DNA of 64,000 nucleotides from an uncultured candidatus Porisulfidus sp. (GTDB lineage Bacteria; Pseudomonadota; Gammaproteobacteria; Poriferisulfidales; Poriferisulfidaceae): NCBI GenBank assembly GCA_965116025.1, contig OZ220480.1, positions 704,001 to 768,000 of the forward strand, read 5' to 3'. Shown piece by piece: positions 63,622 to 64,000 of this stretch (position 1 is its first letter; each line of letters starts with the position of its first letter). The notes under the pieces were generated by a model. It saw only the letters and a program-made list of their open reading frames with translations, ran no database searches and was not told where the DNA came from. The position numbers and the translations under genes were made by a program.

Positions 63622-64000
63622 TGGCGGAAGGAATAGGCATGCCGGTCGTCCGCCGGGTGAGCCCGCTCTTTTTGCAAAGTAAATTCTGACAGATCCAGTT
63701 CCGGCAGTCGCGCGTCGCCCTGGATCTCGGCATCGACCGTGGTTAGGTAAAGCCGGTCGCAGAGCGGCAGGAAATGGCGGTAGACCTTAACGCCCCCGAC
63801 CACCATCGCCTCGGGGTTTCCGGCGCAGAGGTCCAAGGCGGCTTCCGGGCTTCGCGCCCATTCGCAGTTTCCTGTAGTCGGGCGCCTGGAAATCACGACG
63901 CAACGGCGGCGGGGAAGGTCGCTCGGCAACGATTCCCAAGTCATGCGGCCCATGATCACCGGCTTGTCGAGCGTGATGCGGCGGAAGTTCCTGAGGTCGT
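63588..64000 (-). CDS. folA: Dihydrofolate reductase (5' end outside window)
   Basis: DLRNFRRITLDKPVIMGRMTWESL, VVGG..VY, LYLT, GDA; convergent with apaH. Confidence 0.93.
   Translation of the reverse strand, partial: DLRNFRRITLDKPVIMGRMTWESLPSDLPRRRCVVISRRPTTGNCEWARSPEAALDLCAGNPEAMVVGGVKVYRHFLPLCDRLYLTTVDAEIQGDARLPELDLSEFTLQKERAHPADDRHAYSFRHQEFLRIKACR

Overview
High-GC proteobacterial (probably gammaproteobacterial) chromosome segment around the replication origin. It carries dnaA-dnaN-recF-gyrB with DnaA-box-like, IHF-like and parS-like sites, plus housekeeping genes (tRNA-Val, start of nuoA, prlC, xth, gpmI, moaD, hppA, an RND pump, lptD-surA-pdxA-rsmA, apaG-apaH, folA). Accessory modules interrupt this backbone: (1) an AAA ATPase + subtilase pair (IetAS type); (2) an RM island (MmeI-like type IIL enzyme, MunI-like type II pair, frameshifted DUF4268-type gene) with an intact IS1380-family element inserted between that gene's SD and ATG; (3) a sulfation module with cysQ, a CysNC whose GTPase motifs are destroyed, a sulfotransferase and a GOLPH3/GPP34-like-cytochrome P450 fusion; (4) two paralogous autotransporters, each with a G23 tract in its leader that puts the gene out of frame; (5) a ~13.5 kb insertion between rsmA and apaG with SH3-FGE/CLec proteins, autotransporter 2, IS remnants and a SNF2 helicase + sacsin-like GHKL ATPase/HNH-like pair. 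The best candidates for undescribed systems are the GPP34-P450/sulfotransferase/PAPS module, the SNF2 + sacsin-HNH pair and the poly-G-switched autotransporters. All family calls come from motif recognition by eye; no database search was run.
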